A DNA stretch of 64,000 bases from assembly GCA_021731365.1 (NCBI GenBank), contig JAKFXL010000036.1, positions 2,503 to 66,502 of the forward strand. Reading direction: 5' to 3'. Below the pieces are notes generated by a model. It had not been told where the DNA came from. It searched no databases and worked only from the letters and a program-made list of their open reading frames with translations. How positions within the stretch are numbered: position 1 is the first letter of the stretch; every line of letters starts with the position of its first letter. The translations under genes were made by a program, and so were the position numbers. The DNA comes from Gammaproteobacteria bacterium (GTDB lineage Bacteria > Pseudomonadota > Gammaproteobacteria > Tenderiales > Tenderiaceae). Below, piece after piece: positions 11,097-19,990 of the stretch.

Positions 11097-11519
11097 ATGC
11101 GTAAATTTATCCGTCACCCATCTGATATCCCCATCGAGTTCTTGATAAAAGAGCTATCGCTCAAAGATCGCGAATATTTAAATGACATCAGTTTTGGCGG
11201 GCTCTCATTCCGTTCACGAGCCGCTGTTGAGGTAAGCGCCGTTATCCAGATAACCATCCCGTTTTTGAAGCCTGAATTTCAATGCCAGGCGATAGTGAAA
11301 TGGTGTCACCGACGGGGCGATGGCTTTGATGTGGGTGTGGCCTTTGATGATCAGGAAGAGGCCTTCAAAACCCGCATGGTAGAGCAGATCTGCCATATAG
11401 AACATTACAAACGTGAAATGCTTGAACAAGAGGGGAGAGCGCTCAGTGGTGAAGAGGCAGCGGCTGAGTGGATCAAACGTTACGCCGCCAGCTTTCCAGC
11501 GGTGGAAGTCTCCCATTAA
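11097..11519 (+). CDS. PilZ domain protein (putative c-di-GMP receptor)
   Basis: RxxxR (RKFIR) and DxSxxG (DISFGG) motifs. Confidence 0.85.
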   Translation: MRKFIRHPSDIPIEFLIKELSLKDREYLNDISFGGLSFRSRAAVEVSAVIQITIPFLKPEFQCQAIVKWCHRRGDGFDVGVAFDDQEEAFKTRMVEQICHIEHYKREMLEQEGRALSGEEAAAEWIKRYAASFPAVEVSH

Positions 11520-11529
11520 GAACGGTTAA

Positions 11530-11874
11530 CTATGGTATCTCCTCTGCAGGTGCCGCTAACGTAGCCTTGATGCCAATCTCCAAAGGTTCAAGCCTTGCCT
11601 CACACTGCAATGCCGCGTGATATTGACCATTGTGATAGATAAACAGTGCCGGTAGATGAAAAACATTAAACTCTTCGGTCAACGCCTGATCCATGCCCGC
11701 ATCCACTTTAAAAATATGAACCTCCGGGTGTAGTTTGCAGTAGTGCTCGAGCAGCTGTTGCCAATGGCGGCAAGAGAGACATTCGCGGCTGGAGAAAAAA
11801 ACAATCGCGGTGCCAGAGCTCTTTTCCAGGGTTTGATGGAACTCAAACTGCTCAATAGCGCGTATAGCAGACAT
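11530..11874 (-). CDS. Thioredoxin-fold protein
   Basis: CLSC CxxC motif, KVDA and FNVFHLP cis-Pro region. Confidence 0.8.
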   Translation of the reverse strand: MSAIRAIEQFEFHQTLEKSSGTAIVFFSSRECLSCRHWQQLLEHYCKLHPEVHIFKVDAGMDQALTEEFNVFHLPALFIYHNGQYHAALQCEARLEPLEIGIKATLAAPAEEIP

Positions 11875-12027
11875 GGGGCCGACTCCTTTAAATACACTCA
11901 GAATGGTTAAACTAGTTCATCTTACAAACATAAATCAACCACTATAAAACGTCTGATGTTTGCATGAGTCCTGTTATTGGGCATGAGACCCAAAGAGGAT
12001 TCCGTTTGATTTGAAAGACGGGTGAAT

Positions 12028-12061
12028 AAAAAAGCCCTGCCGTGATTAATCAGGGCAGGGC
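12028..12061 (-). terminator. Intrinsic terminator downstream of acnB
   Basis: GCCCTGCC/GGCAGGGC stem followed by T6 on the minus strand. Confidence 0.75.
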
Positions 12062-12081
12062 CTGGATGGTACACCTAGTGA

Positions 12082-14652
12082 TCAGGCGGCGGCGATGGGG
12101 ATCAGGACCACCTTATCAGCTACGGACTGATACTCCGCAATCTCGTTGAAGTTGAGATAGCGGTAGACATCCTCGGTCATGGTATCCAACGTTTTCACCG
12201 CCGCAAGGTACTCCGCCACTGTGGGCATTTTGCCCAGCTGGGCGCAGACCGCCGCCAGCTCTGCCGAGCCAAGGTAGACGTTGGCATCTTTGCCCAACCG
12301 GTTCGGGAAGTTGCGGGTGGAGGTGGACATGACGGTTGAACCGTCGGCCACACGGGCCTGATTACCCATGCAGAGCGAGCAGCCGGGCATCTCGGTACGT
12401 GCACCTACCCTGCCGTAGATGGAGTAGTACCCCTCTTCGGTGAGCTGGTGCGCATCCATCTTGGTGGGCGGGGCGATCCAGAGGCGGGTGGGGACTGTGC
12501 CGCCATACGCTTCCAGTACTTTTCCCGCGGCGCGGTAGTGGCCGATGTTGGTCATGCAGCTGCCGATAAAGACCTCGTCGATCTTGGCGCCGGCCACTGC
12601 CGAGAGCAGTCTGACGTCGTCAGGATCGTTGGGGCAGGCGACGATCGGTTCTTTGATATCAGCTAGATCGATCTCGATGATGGCGGCGTATTCGGCATCT
12701 TTATCTGCTTCCAGCAGTTCTGGATTGGCGAGCCACGCCTCCATCGCCTCGATGCGGCGGCTGAGGGTGCGTTTGTCTTCGTAGCCGTTGCCGATCATCC
12801 ACTTCAACAGGGTGATGTTGGAGGTGAGGAACTCGATGATCGGCTCCTTGGCCAGCTTGACGGTGCAGCCGTTGGCAGAGCGTTCGGCTGAGGCATCCGA
12901 CAGCTCAAACGCCTGTTCGACCTTGAGCTGTTCCAGCCCTTCGATCTCCAGCACACGGCCGGAGAAGATGTTCTTTTTACCCTTCTTCTCGACGGTCATC
13001 AGCCCTTGCTGAATCGCGGCGTAGGGGATGGCGTTGACCAGATCACGCAGGGTGACGCCGGGCTGCATCTTGCCCTTAAAGCGGACCAGCACCGATTCGG
13101 GCATGTCGAGTGGCATTACACCCAGCGCAGCGGCAAAGGCAACGAGGCCAGAACCGGCCGGAAAGCTGATGCCAATCGGGAAACGGGTATGGGAATCACC
13201 ACCGGTACCAACGGTATCGGGCAACACCATGCGGTTGAGCCATGAGTGAATGACGCCGTCGCCGGGACGCAGGCTGACGCCGCCACGGGTCTGGATGAAG
13301 GAGGGCAGGTCGTGTTGCAGCGTCACATCCACCGGCTTGGGGTAGGCGGCGGTGTGACAGAAGGACTGCATCACCAGATCAGCGGAGAAGCCAAGACAGG
13401 CCAGCTCTTTGAGTTCGTCGCGGGTCATGGCGCCGGTGGTGTCCTGTGAACCCACCGTGGTCATGCGTGGTTCGCAGTAGCTGCCGGGGCGCACACCGGC
13501 CACGCCGCACGCCTTACCCACCATCTTCTGTGCCAGGGTGTAACCTTTTTTGCTCGCAACAGCTGCCTCAGGGCGGCGGAACAGGGTGGAGGGTTCCAGC
13601 CCCACCACATCGCGGGTACGGTCGGTGAGTGAACGACCGATGATCAGCGGGATGCGGCCACCGGCGCGGATCTCGTCCGGCATGGTGGTGGGCTTAAGAT
13701 CGAAGGTAGAGAGCACGTCGCCAGCCTCATTGGTGATCTTGCCATCATAAGGGTGGATGGTGATGACATCGCCCATATTGAGTTTGGATACGTCGCATTC
13801 AATTGGCAGCGCGCCGGAATCTTCTGCAGTATTAAAAAAGATCGGTGCGATCTTGTTGCCGAGGATCACGCCGCCCTGGTGTTTGTTAGGCACAAACGGG
13901 ATGGTGTGACCCATGTGCCAGAGTACGGAGTTGATGGCGGATTTGCGTGAGGAGCCAGTGCCTACCACGTCGCCCACATAGGCCAGTGGGTGGCCTTTGC
14001 CCTTCAGTTCAGTAATCTTCTCCATCGCATCGGGCATTTTGGCAATCAACATCGCCTTGGCGTGCAGTGGAATGTCCGGGCGGCTCCACGCCTCAGAGGC
14101 GGGGGAGAGGTCATCGGTATTGGTCTCACCGGGGACTTTAAAGACGGTGACCTTGATCTCCCTGGCCATCTCGGGGCGGTCGGTGAACCAGGTGGCGTTG
14201 GCCCAGGCATCCACCACTGATTGGGCGTAGCTGTTGCCGGTGTTGGCCTTGGCGATGACGTCATGATAGGCATCAAACATCAGCAGGGTTTTTGAGAGTG
14301 CCTTGGCGGCAATAGGTGCCAACGTGCTGTTGTCGAGCAGCTCAATCAGTGGGTGGATATTGTATCCGCCCAGCATAGTGCCGAGCAGCTCTGTGGCGCG
14401 GCTGGCGCTGAGAAGTGGTGAGGTGACCTCGCCATTGGCCAGTGCGGTCAGAAAGCCCGCTTTGACGTAAGCGGCCTGATCGACCCCGGCAGGTACCCGC
14501 TCAACGAGTAGATTGAGCAGGAAATCACCTTCACCCGCAGGTGGGGTTTTAATCAGCTCCACCAGGGCAACGGTCTGTTCAGGATTGAGTGGCAACGCTG
14601 GCAGCCCTTGGGCGGCGCGTTCGGCAACGTGTTTGCGATAGGCTTCTAACAC
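12082..14652 (-). CDS. acnB: Aconitate hydratase B
   Basis: [14 protein letters not shown] start, [35 protein letters not shown]. Confidence 0.98.
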   Translation of the reverse strand: MLEAYRKHVAERAAQGLPALPLNPEQTVALVELIKTPPAGEGDFLLNLLVERVPAGVDQAAYVKAGFLTALANGEVTSPLLSASRATELLGTMLGGYNIHPLIELLDNSTLAPIAAKALSKTLLMFDAYHDVIAKANTGNSYAQSVVDAWANATWFTDRPEMAREIKVTVFKVPGETNTDDLSPASEAWSRPDIPLHAKAMLIAKMPDAMEKITELKGKGHPLAYVGDVVGTGSSRKSAINSVLWHMGHTIPFVPNKHQGGVILGNKIAPIFFNTAEDSGALPIECDVSKLNMGDVITIHPYDGKITNEAGDVLSTFDLKPTTMPDEIRAGGRIPLIIGRSLTDRTRDVVGLEPSTLFRRPEAAVASKKGYTLAQKMVGKACGVAGVRPGSYCEPRMTTVGSQDTTGAMTRDELKELACLGFSADLVMQSFCHTAAYPKPVDVTLQHDLPSFIQTRGGVSLRPGDGVIHSWLNRMVLPDTVGTGGDSHTRFPIGISFPAGSGLVAFAAALGVMPLDMPESVLVRFKGKMQPGVTLRDLVNAIPYAAIQQGLMTVEKKGKKNIFSGRVLEIEGLEQLKVEQAFELSDASAERSANGCTVKLAKEPIIEFLTSNITLLKWMIGNGYEDKRTLSRRIEAMEAWLANPELLEADKDAEYAAIIEIDLADIKEPIVACPNDPDDVRLLSAVAGAKIDEVFIGSCMTNIGHYRAAGKVLEAYGGTVPTRLWIAPPTKMDAHQLTEEGYYSIYGRVGARTEMPGCSLCMGNQARVADGSTVMSTSTRNFPNRLGKDANVYLGSAELAAVCAQLGKMPTVAEYLAAVKTLDTMTEDVYRYLNFNEIAEYQSVADKVVLIPIAAA

Positions 14653-14811
14653 TTAAACACCTCTTTTGGTTGAGTTTTTAATGCGGGAATGGGATGATTT
14701 TACCCTATTTGTCGCCATAAAAGGGTAACTTCAGCCGGAATGGGCAGTCTTGGCCGCAGCGACGGGCCAGATTATTGTGGCGCTAGAGCAAGATGGTTTA
14801 AGGAGGGAAGC

Positions 14812-15417
14812 ATGGGTATGACGATCAAGGGGCCGGACGGCAAACCACGCTGCCAGTGGTGCAGCGCTACTCCGGAGTATCTGGTCTATCACGATCATGA
14901 ATGGGGCTATCCGGTGGATGATGACCGGCGTCTCTTCGAGAAGCTAAGCCTGGAGGGATTTCAGTCCGGGCTGAGCTGGCGTACCATCCTTGCCAAGCGC
15001 GACAACTTCCGCGCCGCCTTTCATGACTTTGACTTCAATAAGGTTGCCCGCTTTGGTGGGCGCGATGTTGAGCGCCTGCTCAAGGACGAAGGGATCGTCC
15101 GTCATCGTGGCAAGATCGAGGCGGTGATCAACAATGCGCGCCGGGCGCAGGAGCTGATCGAGGCAGAGGGCTCGCTGGCGGCCTTTGTCTGGCGTTACGA
15201 ACTCATGCCATCGGAGCTGGCGGAGCCGCAGACGGCCTCCACTTCGGCAGCATCGATTGCGCTATCAAAAGAGCTGAAGAAGCGCGGCTGGAAGTTTGTT
15301 GGCCCTACCACCGCGTATGCTTTCATGCAGGCGATGGGGTTGGTTAATGATCATGTTCACGAGTGTGTGATCAGGGGCAAGGTTGAGGTGGCGCGCAAGA
15401 AGTTCAAGCGGCCGTAA
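14812..15417 (+). CDS. tag: DNA-3-methyladenine glycosylase I
   Basis: RCQW, YHDHEWG, LEGFQSGLSW, FVGPTT, GLVNDH..C; RBS AGGAGG before ATG 14812. Confidence 0.93.
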   Translation: MGMTIKGPDGKPRCQWCSATPEYLVYHDHEWGYPVDDDRRLFEKLSLEGFQSGLSWRTILAKRDNFRAAFHDFDFNKVARFGGRDVERLLKDEGIVRHRGKIEAVINNARRAQELIEAEGSLAAFVWRYELMPSELAEPQTASTSAASIALSKELKKRGWKFVGPTTAYAFMQAMGLVNDHVHECVIRGKVEVARKKFKRP

Positions 15418-15498
15418 CGGGACCTATTTTGATAGTGTGAGTTAAACAAGCGTCGCCAGTGCAGGGATGCCCTGATTTTTCGGTTCGGAGCGCCTGCG

Positions 15499-17859
15499 TT
15501 GAGCAAGATATCGTTTGTCACTGTAGTCATTGTCCTGATGGGCCAGGCACTGGCCGCGACTCAACCCGTTGATACTGTACCCCCTCTGCCTGGTGGGCCG
15601 TGGGCGCGGTCGTCCGATCTGGAGTCGGTCGCCGTGGACAAGCGGGGTGAGGTCACCTGGATCAGCAATGGTTACGACTCGCAGGTTAGCGTTACCCCAT
15701 CTGGAGCACGGTGCTATCGTATTTCCGTGATCAAGCGTTCATGGCACCCAGCAACAGGTGTGGCTTCAACGGCCGCGTTGCCACTGCAGGGCTTGGTGAC
15801 GGCTCAGGTTGTGACGCCATCGGGAATCATGTTTCTTCTTGCCCCGGAGTGCGCCGGTGATCCCGGTCGCGCTGCTCTGTTGCGTGCAGATAACAGCCTC
15901 ACTGTGACGAGTGTGTCCCGGGCCATTTTCCGTGCCCGCATGGTGCTGCTCTCCGATGGCGCGGTGGCGGTGGTATCGGTGTTCGGGGCCGATGACAGTG
16001 ATGAGCAACGCAAGCGGGACCCGGGCAAACGTCACTTCAGGGCGTTTATCATCCACCCGGCGGCAGGCGGGATGGGGATCGAACAGATGCCGGATCTGAC
16101 ACTGCCCTCTCGCGACGATTTTGCGCTGGCGGCCATGCCGGGAGGGCGTCTGATGGTTCTGGGCGGGTCCGATGATAGGTTTCGCGGCTGCAACGCCTGT
16201 CGGCGCGATACCCATATCCTCGATCCCAGGGCCAAGCGTTGGAGTCCAGGCCCTGCGCTGCAGGAGCCCCGTTCGGAACACGCTGCGTTGGCGCTTCCTG
16301 ACGGCAGCATACTGGTGACGGGCGGTTGGACGCCAAGCGCCGGTTGGGGCAAGGGCCCTTCCCGCAGCGCCGAGCGCTGGAATCCACAGACCAATCGTTT
16401 TGAGGCCATCACACCAATGCCGACGGGCACGGCACGCCATCGTTTTGTCTGGATGCCGGGACGGACAGGGACTCTGCTGGCGGGGGGAGGCACCAACTCT
16501 GAGGTGCAGGCCTATGACATTGAAACCGGGAGTTGGCATCTCGCGGCGGCTGCCGCACAGGGCAGCGAGGAGGGTGGTTGCGTCTTCGTACCGTTCCTTG
16601 TCGGCGGCGAGGCGTATGCCTGGGCGGCAAACCGGTCGGAAGGTTTTTATTCCAGCAAGGACTGCATCGAACAGAAGTACTGGCAAGCGTTGCCATTGCG
16701 GCTGGCGGCGAGCGGTACTCTGCCTGCCATGCCCGCACACTTCGGTGCGGATGGCTCCTTTGTGGCCTACCAAAGTCACGCGGCGTTTGTTCCCGCATCG
16801 GCCAATGAGCCGGCGCTGCTTATCGGCGGCACCACCCATGCCGGGATGAATTCCTATCTCGTCACCGCTGGGGCAACGGCGATTGGGGTAGACAGAACGG
16901 TGCGAGCACTGCCATCACTCAACGAACCGCGTAGCGATGCACTTGCCTTCAGGGTTGGGAACGGTGTGCTCGTTGCCCGTGGGCATGGCGAGCAGGATGA
17001 AGGCCAACCTTTGCCGATGGAGTGGCTCGCTGCCAACATGCCAGAAGCACGCTGGATTCGGGTGTCCGATTCAGCTGTTCACCCGTCGAGCGCTCTGGGC
17101 CAGGCGGCGGATGAAAGCTTGGTCGAAGTCGCTCCTGACGGGACGGTGCGTTTGCTCCGGCTGACGTTCGACCCGCCGGACGAACCCGCTATCGCAGCGA
17201 GCGAACTGCCGAATCTCGGTTGGGCGCGGCGCTCCTCCGCCAATGGCGAGGAGGTGCGGGTCCGTGGGCTGGCCGCTGGGGGTGTCGTCGTGGCCGGGGG
17301 CGAAATCCAAACCGACAAGGTCGCACTCCTCACCCCCGACTCGCTGAGCGGTGAGGGTCCAGATCAGTACGTTGGCATCGGTCCTTACTCTCCGTCACGA
17401 CGTCATGACATCTATGATCCAGTTATCAAGGTCTGGCGCGCGTCCGCCCCATCACCCGGCGACGGGGGACGGGTGACGATTATGGATGATGGCCGGGTCG
17501 CCAAGATCAGCCGTTTTCCGGGCGCGGATGGAGCCGATCCCCGTTATGAGCTCGAAATCTCCACGGCTGACGGTACGGCGTGGAGCACGGTTCGCGCTGA
17601 AGAGCTGGCCCCGATGAGAATCTCCGATTCCACCAAGCCGTTCGTGGTGGATGGAGAGCTGTTTCTCTCCGGTGAATTGGTGTCGTTGAGCACGGGTGGC
17701 GGGCCGAGCGGGGTCGTTTGGTTCAACACCGCGACTCGCCGCTGGGAGGTGCTGTGGCGCGCCGCTGCCACCGACAACTGGCGCTACCATGTTGGCCGCG
17801 TCATCGTTCACCCATTGGCGAACGGCAAGGTGGTGGTTGTTCCGGTGGATGGATTCTGA
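15499..17859 (+). CDS. Secreted Kelch-repeat beta-propeller protein
   Basis: Signal-peptide-like N-terminus (GQALA). Several Kelch units with GG, DP...W and PR..H (e.g. EPRSEHAALALPDGSILVTGGW). GC-rich DNA. Confidence 0.75.
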   Translation: MSKISFVTVVIVLMGQALAATQPVDTVPPLPGGPWARSSDLESVAVDKRGEVTWISNGYDSQVSVTPSGARCYRISVIKRSWHPATGVASTAALPLQGLVTAQVVTPSGIMFLLAPECAGDPGRAALLRADNSLTVTSVSRAIFRARMVLLSDGAVAVVSVFGADDSDEQRKRDPGKRHFRAFIIHPAAGGMGIEQMPDLTLPSRDDFALAAMPGGRLMVLGGSDDRFRGCNACRRDTHILDPRAKRWSPGPALQEPRSEHAALALPDGSILVTGGWTPSAGWGKGPSRSAERWNPQTNRFEAITPMPTGTARHRFVWMPGRTGTLLAGGGTNSEVQAYDIETGSWHLAAAAAQGSEEGGCVFVPFLVGGEAYAWAANRSEGFYSSKDCIEQKYWQALPLRLAASGTLPAMPAHFGADGSFVAYQSHAAFVPASANEPALLIGGTTHAGMNSYLVTAGATAIGVDRTVRALPSLNEPRSDALAFRVGNGVLVARGHGEQDEGQPLPMEWLAANMPEARWIRVSDSAVHPSSALGQAADESLVEVAPDGTVRLLRLTFDPPDEPAIAASELPNLGWARRSSANGEEVRVRGLAAGGVVVAGGEIQTDKVALLTPDSLSGEGPDQYVGIGPYSPSRRHDIYDPVIKVWRASAPSPGDGGRVTIMDDGRVAKISRFPGADGADPRYELEISTADGTAWSTVRAEELAPMRISDSTKPFVVDGELFLSGELVSLSTGGGPSGVVWFNTATRRWEVLWRAAATDNWRYHVGRVIVHPLANGKVVVVPVDGF

Positions 17860-17885
17860 AACGTGGCAACGAGGGAGGGTGCGGG

Positions 17886-18647
17886 ATGAACAAGGTCTTG
17901 CTGTTGTTGGCGGTTGTGCTGCTTGCAGTGTGGGGTGCACCGTCGGCGGAGGAGGTGCCGCTTTCTAATGATGCCAGCATGGTCATTGGGAACGACGTCT
18001 GGCAGCCGGGAGGACGATATCAGGATGGTGACGACTGGCTGGCGCTGGTTTGCACCCCCGCGCAATGCCACTTCGAGCCGGCCCGTCTTCTGGTCCGGCC
18101 TGAGTCGTGGCAAGGCCACTATGATGATGAGCCGACTGAAGGCCAGCAATTGACGTTCCAGAGGTCGAACGCAGGTGAGGGGGAGGTGGTCGCCTGGCTT
18201 CGCAAGAGTCCGCAACGGCAGTGGTTGCTGCCGGGGCCAGTCGTGACCTATGCATCGAAGGCGGGGGGACTCAAACGGCCTCCTACTGAGGGTACGTATG
18301 AAATATCCGTCCCCCTGACCGAAGGTGGCGAAGCCCGGTTTGTACCTCTTTACGACCGTGAAGGCGGGATATTCCAGTTGCAGTTGCGTGCCCTCGGTCA
18401 GCGGCAGATGCTGGGCGAGCTGCGTCCCTGTTCGCACGAGCTATCGACAGATTATTTGCTTTGGGCAGGGGAGATGGATCGTGACGGCAAGCCCGATTAC
18501 CTGGTGAGCTATGTTGATGAGGATGGCCCAGTGATCCTGTATCTCTCAGGCGCTGCCGCACCGGAGCAGCTGGCCGGGGTCTCAGTGGCCTATGATGCGC
18601 CCCCTTTCGGTGGCGAGTGTGATGGGATGGGGTGGTTGGAAGGCTAG
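17886..18647 (+). CDS. Secreted hypothetical protein with a DxDxDG-like Ca-binding loop
   Basis: RBS GGAGGG, signal peptide MNKVLLLLAVVLLAVWGAPSA, WAGEMDRDGKPDYLVS motif. Confidence 0.7.
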   Translation: MNKVLLLLAVVLLAVWGAPSAEEVPLSNDASMVIGNDVWQPGGRYQDGDDWLALVCTPAQCHFEPARLLVRPESWQGHYDDEPTEGQQLTFQRSNAGEGEVVAWLRKSPQRQWLLPGPVVTYASKAGGLKRPPTEGTYEISVPLTEGGEARFVPLYDREGGIFQLQLRALGQRQMLGELRPCSHELSTDYLLWAGEMDRDGKPDYLVSYVDEDGPVILYLSGAAAPEQLAGVSVAYDAPPFGGECDGMGWLEG

Positions 18648-18684
18648 GAGCCTCTGAATAACCCCGTTCGCCCTGAGCCTGTCG
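18647..18684 (+). repeat. Truncated half copy of the REP/MITE-like element at 28783-28914
   Basis: GGAGCCTCTGAATAACCCCGTTCGCCCTGAGCCTGTCG matches the reverse complement of 28877-28914 (GAAACCTCTGAATAAATCCGTTCGCCCTGAGCCTGTCG). Confidence 0.85.
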
Positions 18685-18695
18685 TCATTCGCTGC

Positions 18696-19685
18696 TCAAT
18701 CGTCCAGTCTCGCCAATGTGACCGGCGTGACAAAACCGGGTGGTTTGATGGCGAGCACGGAGCAGTCGATCTGGTTCAGGATCGTCTCCGCGGTATTACC
18801 CATGATGAAACCGGGGATGCCGGTGCGGGCCACGGTGCCCATCACCACCAGGTCGGCCTCGAGGCGTTGGGCCAGCGCCGGAATCTCGCGGCGTGCGCTG
18901 CCCTTGATCAGATGTGTCTGGGGTTTGAGATACTCCAGCGCCGCTGGCCCCAGATCGGCGGTCACCTCGTGCAGCAGGCCGTCCAGACTGGTTTTGTGCT
19001 GCCACCGGACCCGTTCGACATAGGCGTTGATCTTCTCTGCGGGGGTATCCATAAACGGGCCGTGCATGGCGCTCTCGCCGATTGCCTCCCAGACGTTGGC
19101 GATGTGCAGCTCGGCAAAGTTGGCGAGCGCCAGGGCGCTGGCGATATCAATAATCTGGCTGTTTAGTTGCCGCTGTCGCTCCAGCTCCGCCTCCGGGGCG
19201 GCGTCGTCGACATCCACCGTCGCCAGGATGCGGCGGTAGGCATGTGGCGCTTTGGGTTTGACTAGCCAGACCGGACAGGGGCACTTGCGTAACAGGTGCA
19301 TGTCGTCGCTGCCAAACAGCTGATCCAGCCAATCCTGGGATTCTGGGATCTTGATCACCAGGTCGCAGTGGCTGCGCAGCACCTCACGGATGATTTCCAG
19401 AAAGGGGGTGCCCTTTAAGATTTTGGTCTGGAGCGTGAGCCGTTGGCGGTAAGGGGCAACCAGCGCCTCCAGTTGTTGTGAGTGGGCATTGATCAGTGCG
19501 GTCTGTAGATCGTTGGCGAGCAGGTCACTCTTGGCCATGCCACTGGTGGCGGCGATACGCTCAATCACCGTGACGACGGTGAGGTTGGCTTGGTTGTTCT
19601 CGGCCAGCGTAACGGCACGCTCCAGGGCCAGTGTATTGGGCTGATCGGACTCCACCACGCAGAGAATGTTTTTGAATTCTTTCAT
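18696..19685 (-). CDS. Tandem-domain universal stress protein (UspE-like)
   Basis: FGSDDMHLLRKCPCPVWLVK and DLVVMGTVARTGIPGFIMGNTAETIL. Confidence 0.92.
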   Translation of the reverse strand: MKEFKNILCVVESDQPNTLALERAVTLAENNQANLTVVTVIERIAATSGMAKSDLLANDLQTALINAHSQQLEALVAPYRQRLTLQTKILKGTPFLEIIREVLRSHCDLVIKIPESQDWLDQLFGSDDMHLLRKCPCPVWLVKPKAPHAYRRILATVDVDDAAPEAELERQRQLNSQIIDIASALALANFAELHIANVWEAIGESAMHGPFMDTPAEKINAYVERVRWQHKTSLDGLLHEVTADLGPAALEYLKPQTHLIKGSARREIPALAQRLEADLVVMGTVARTGIPGFIMGNTAETILNQIDCSVLAIKPPGFVTPVTLARLDD

Positions 19686-19771
19686 CGCTTCACCTCATTC
19701 ATGAATCATCAGGTTAAAATTTTTAGTGAGGTGTTAAACAGCCACGTCACGTTCACTCTCAGGTTCACTTG

Positions 19772-19990
19772 TCAGCGCCTCATTGCCGAGTGCGCGGCAT
19801 CTGCAAACGGCACCATCACCAGATAGGCACTCGCCTGCTCCAGTCTGACAACCTCATCGGCGCTGTGGGTGATGACCAGAATAAAGGCGACAATCAGTGG
19901 CTGGCGCAGGCGTATCCCAATGGCCCCGACCCCCGCCGCCAACAGCAGCAGTACTGCCATGCCGGTGAAGATGTCGGGAAACAGCCCCAT
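19772..19990 (-). pseudogene. Internally deleted CPA2 (Kef-type) cation/H+ antiporter; N- and C-termini fused in frame
   Basis: First half matches CPA2 TM1 (LLLLAAGVGAIGIRLRQPLIVAFI). Second half matches an RCK/TrkA-N end (THSADEVVRLEQASAYLVMVPFADAA). Only 72 aa. Confidence 0.75.

Noticed and set aside
15411..15447. Possible attC after tag (CCGTAAC...GTTAAAC)
   Set aside because: Too short, R'' does not fit RYYYAAC, and there is no internal palindrome.
15766..16839. 357-aa minus-strand ORF and similar long antisense ORFs across GC-rich genes
   Set aside because: Shadow frames of well-supported genes, with no motifs of their own.
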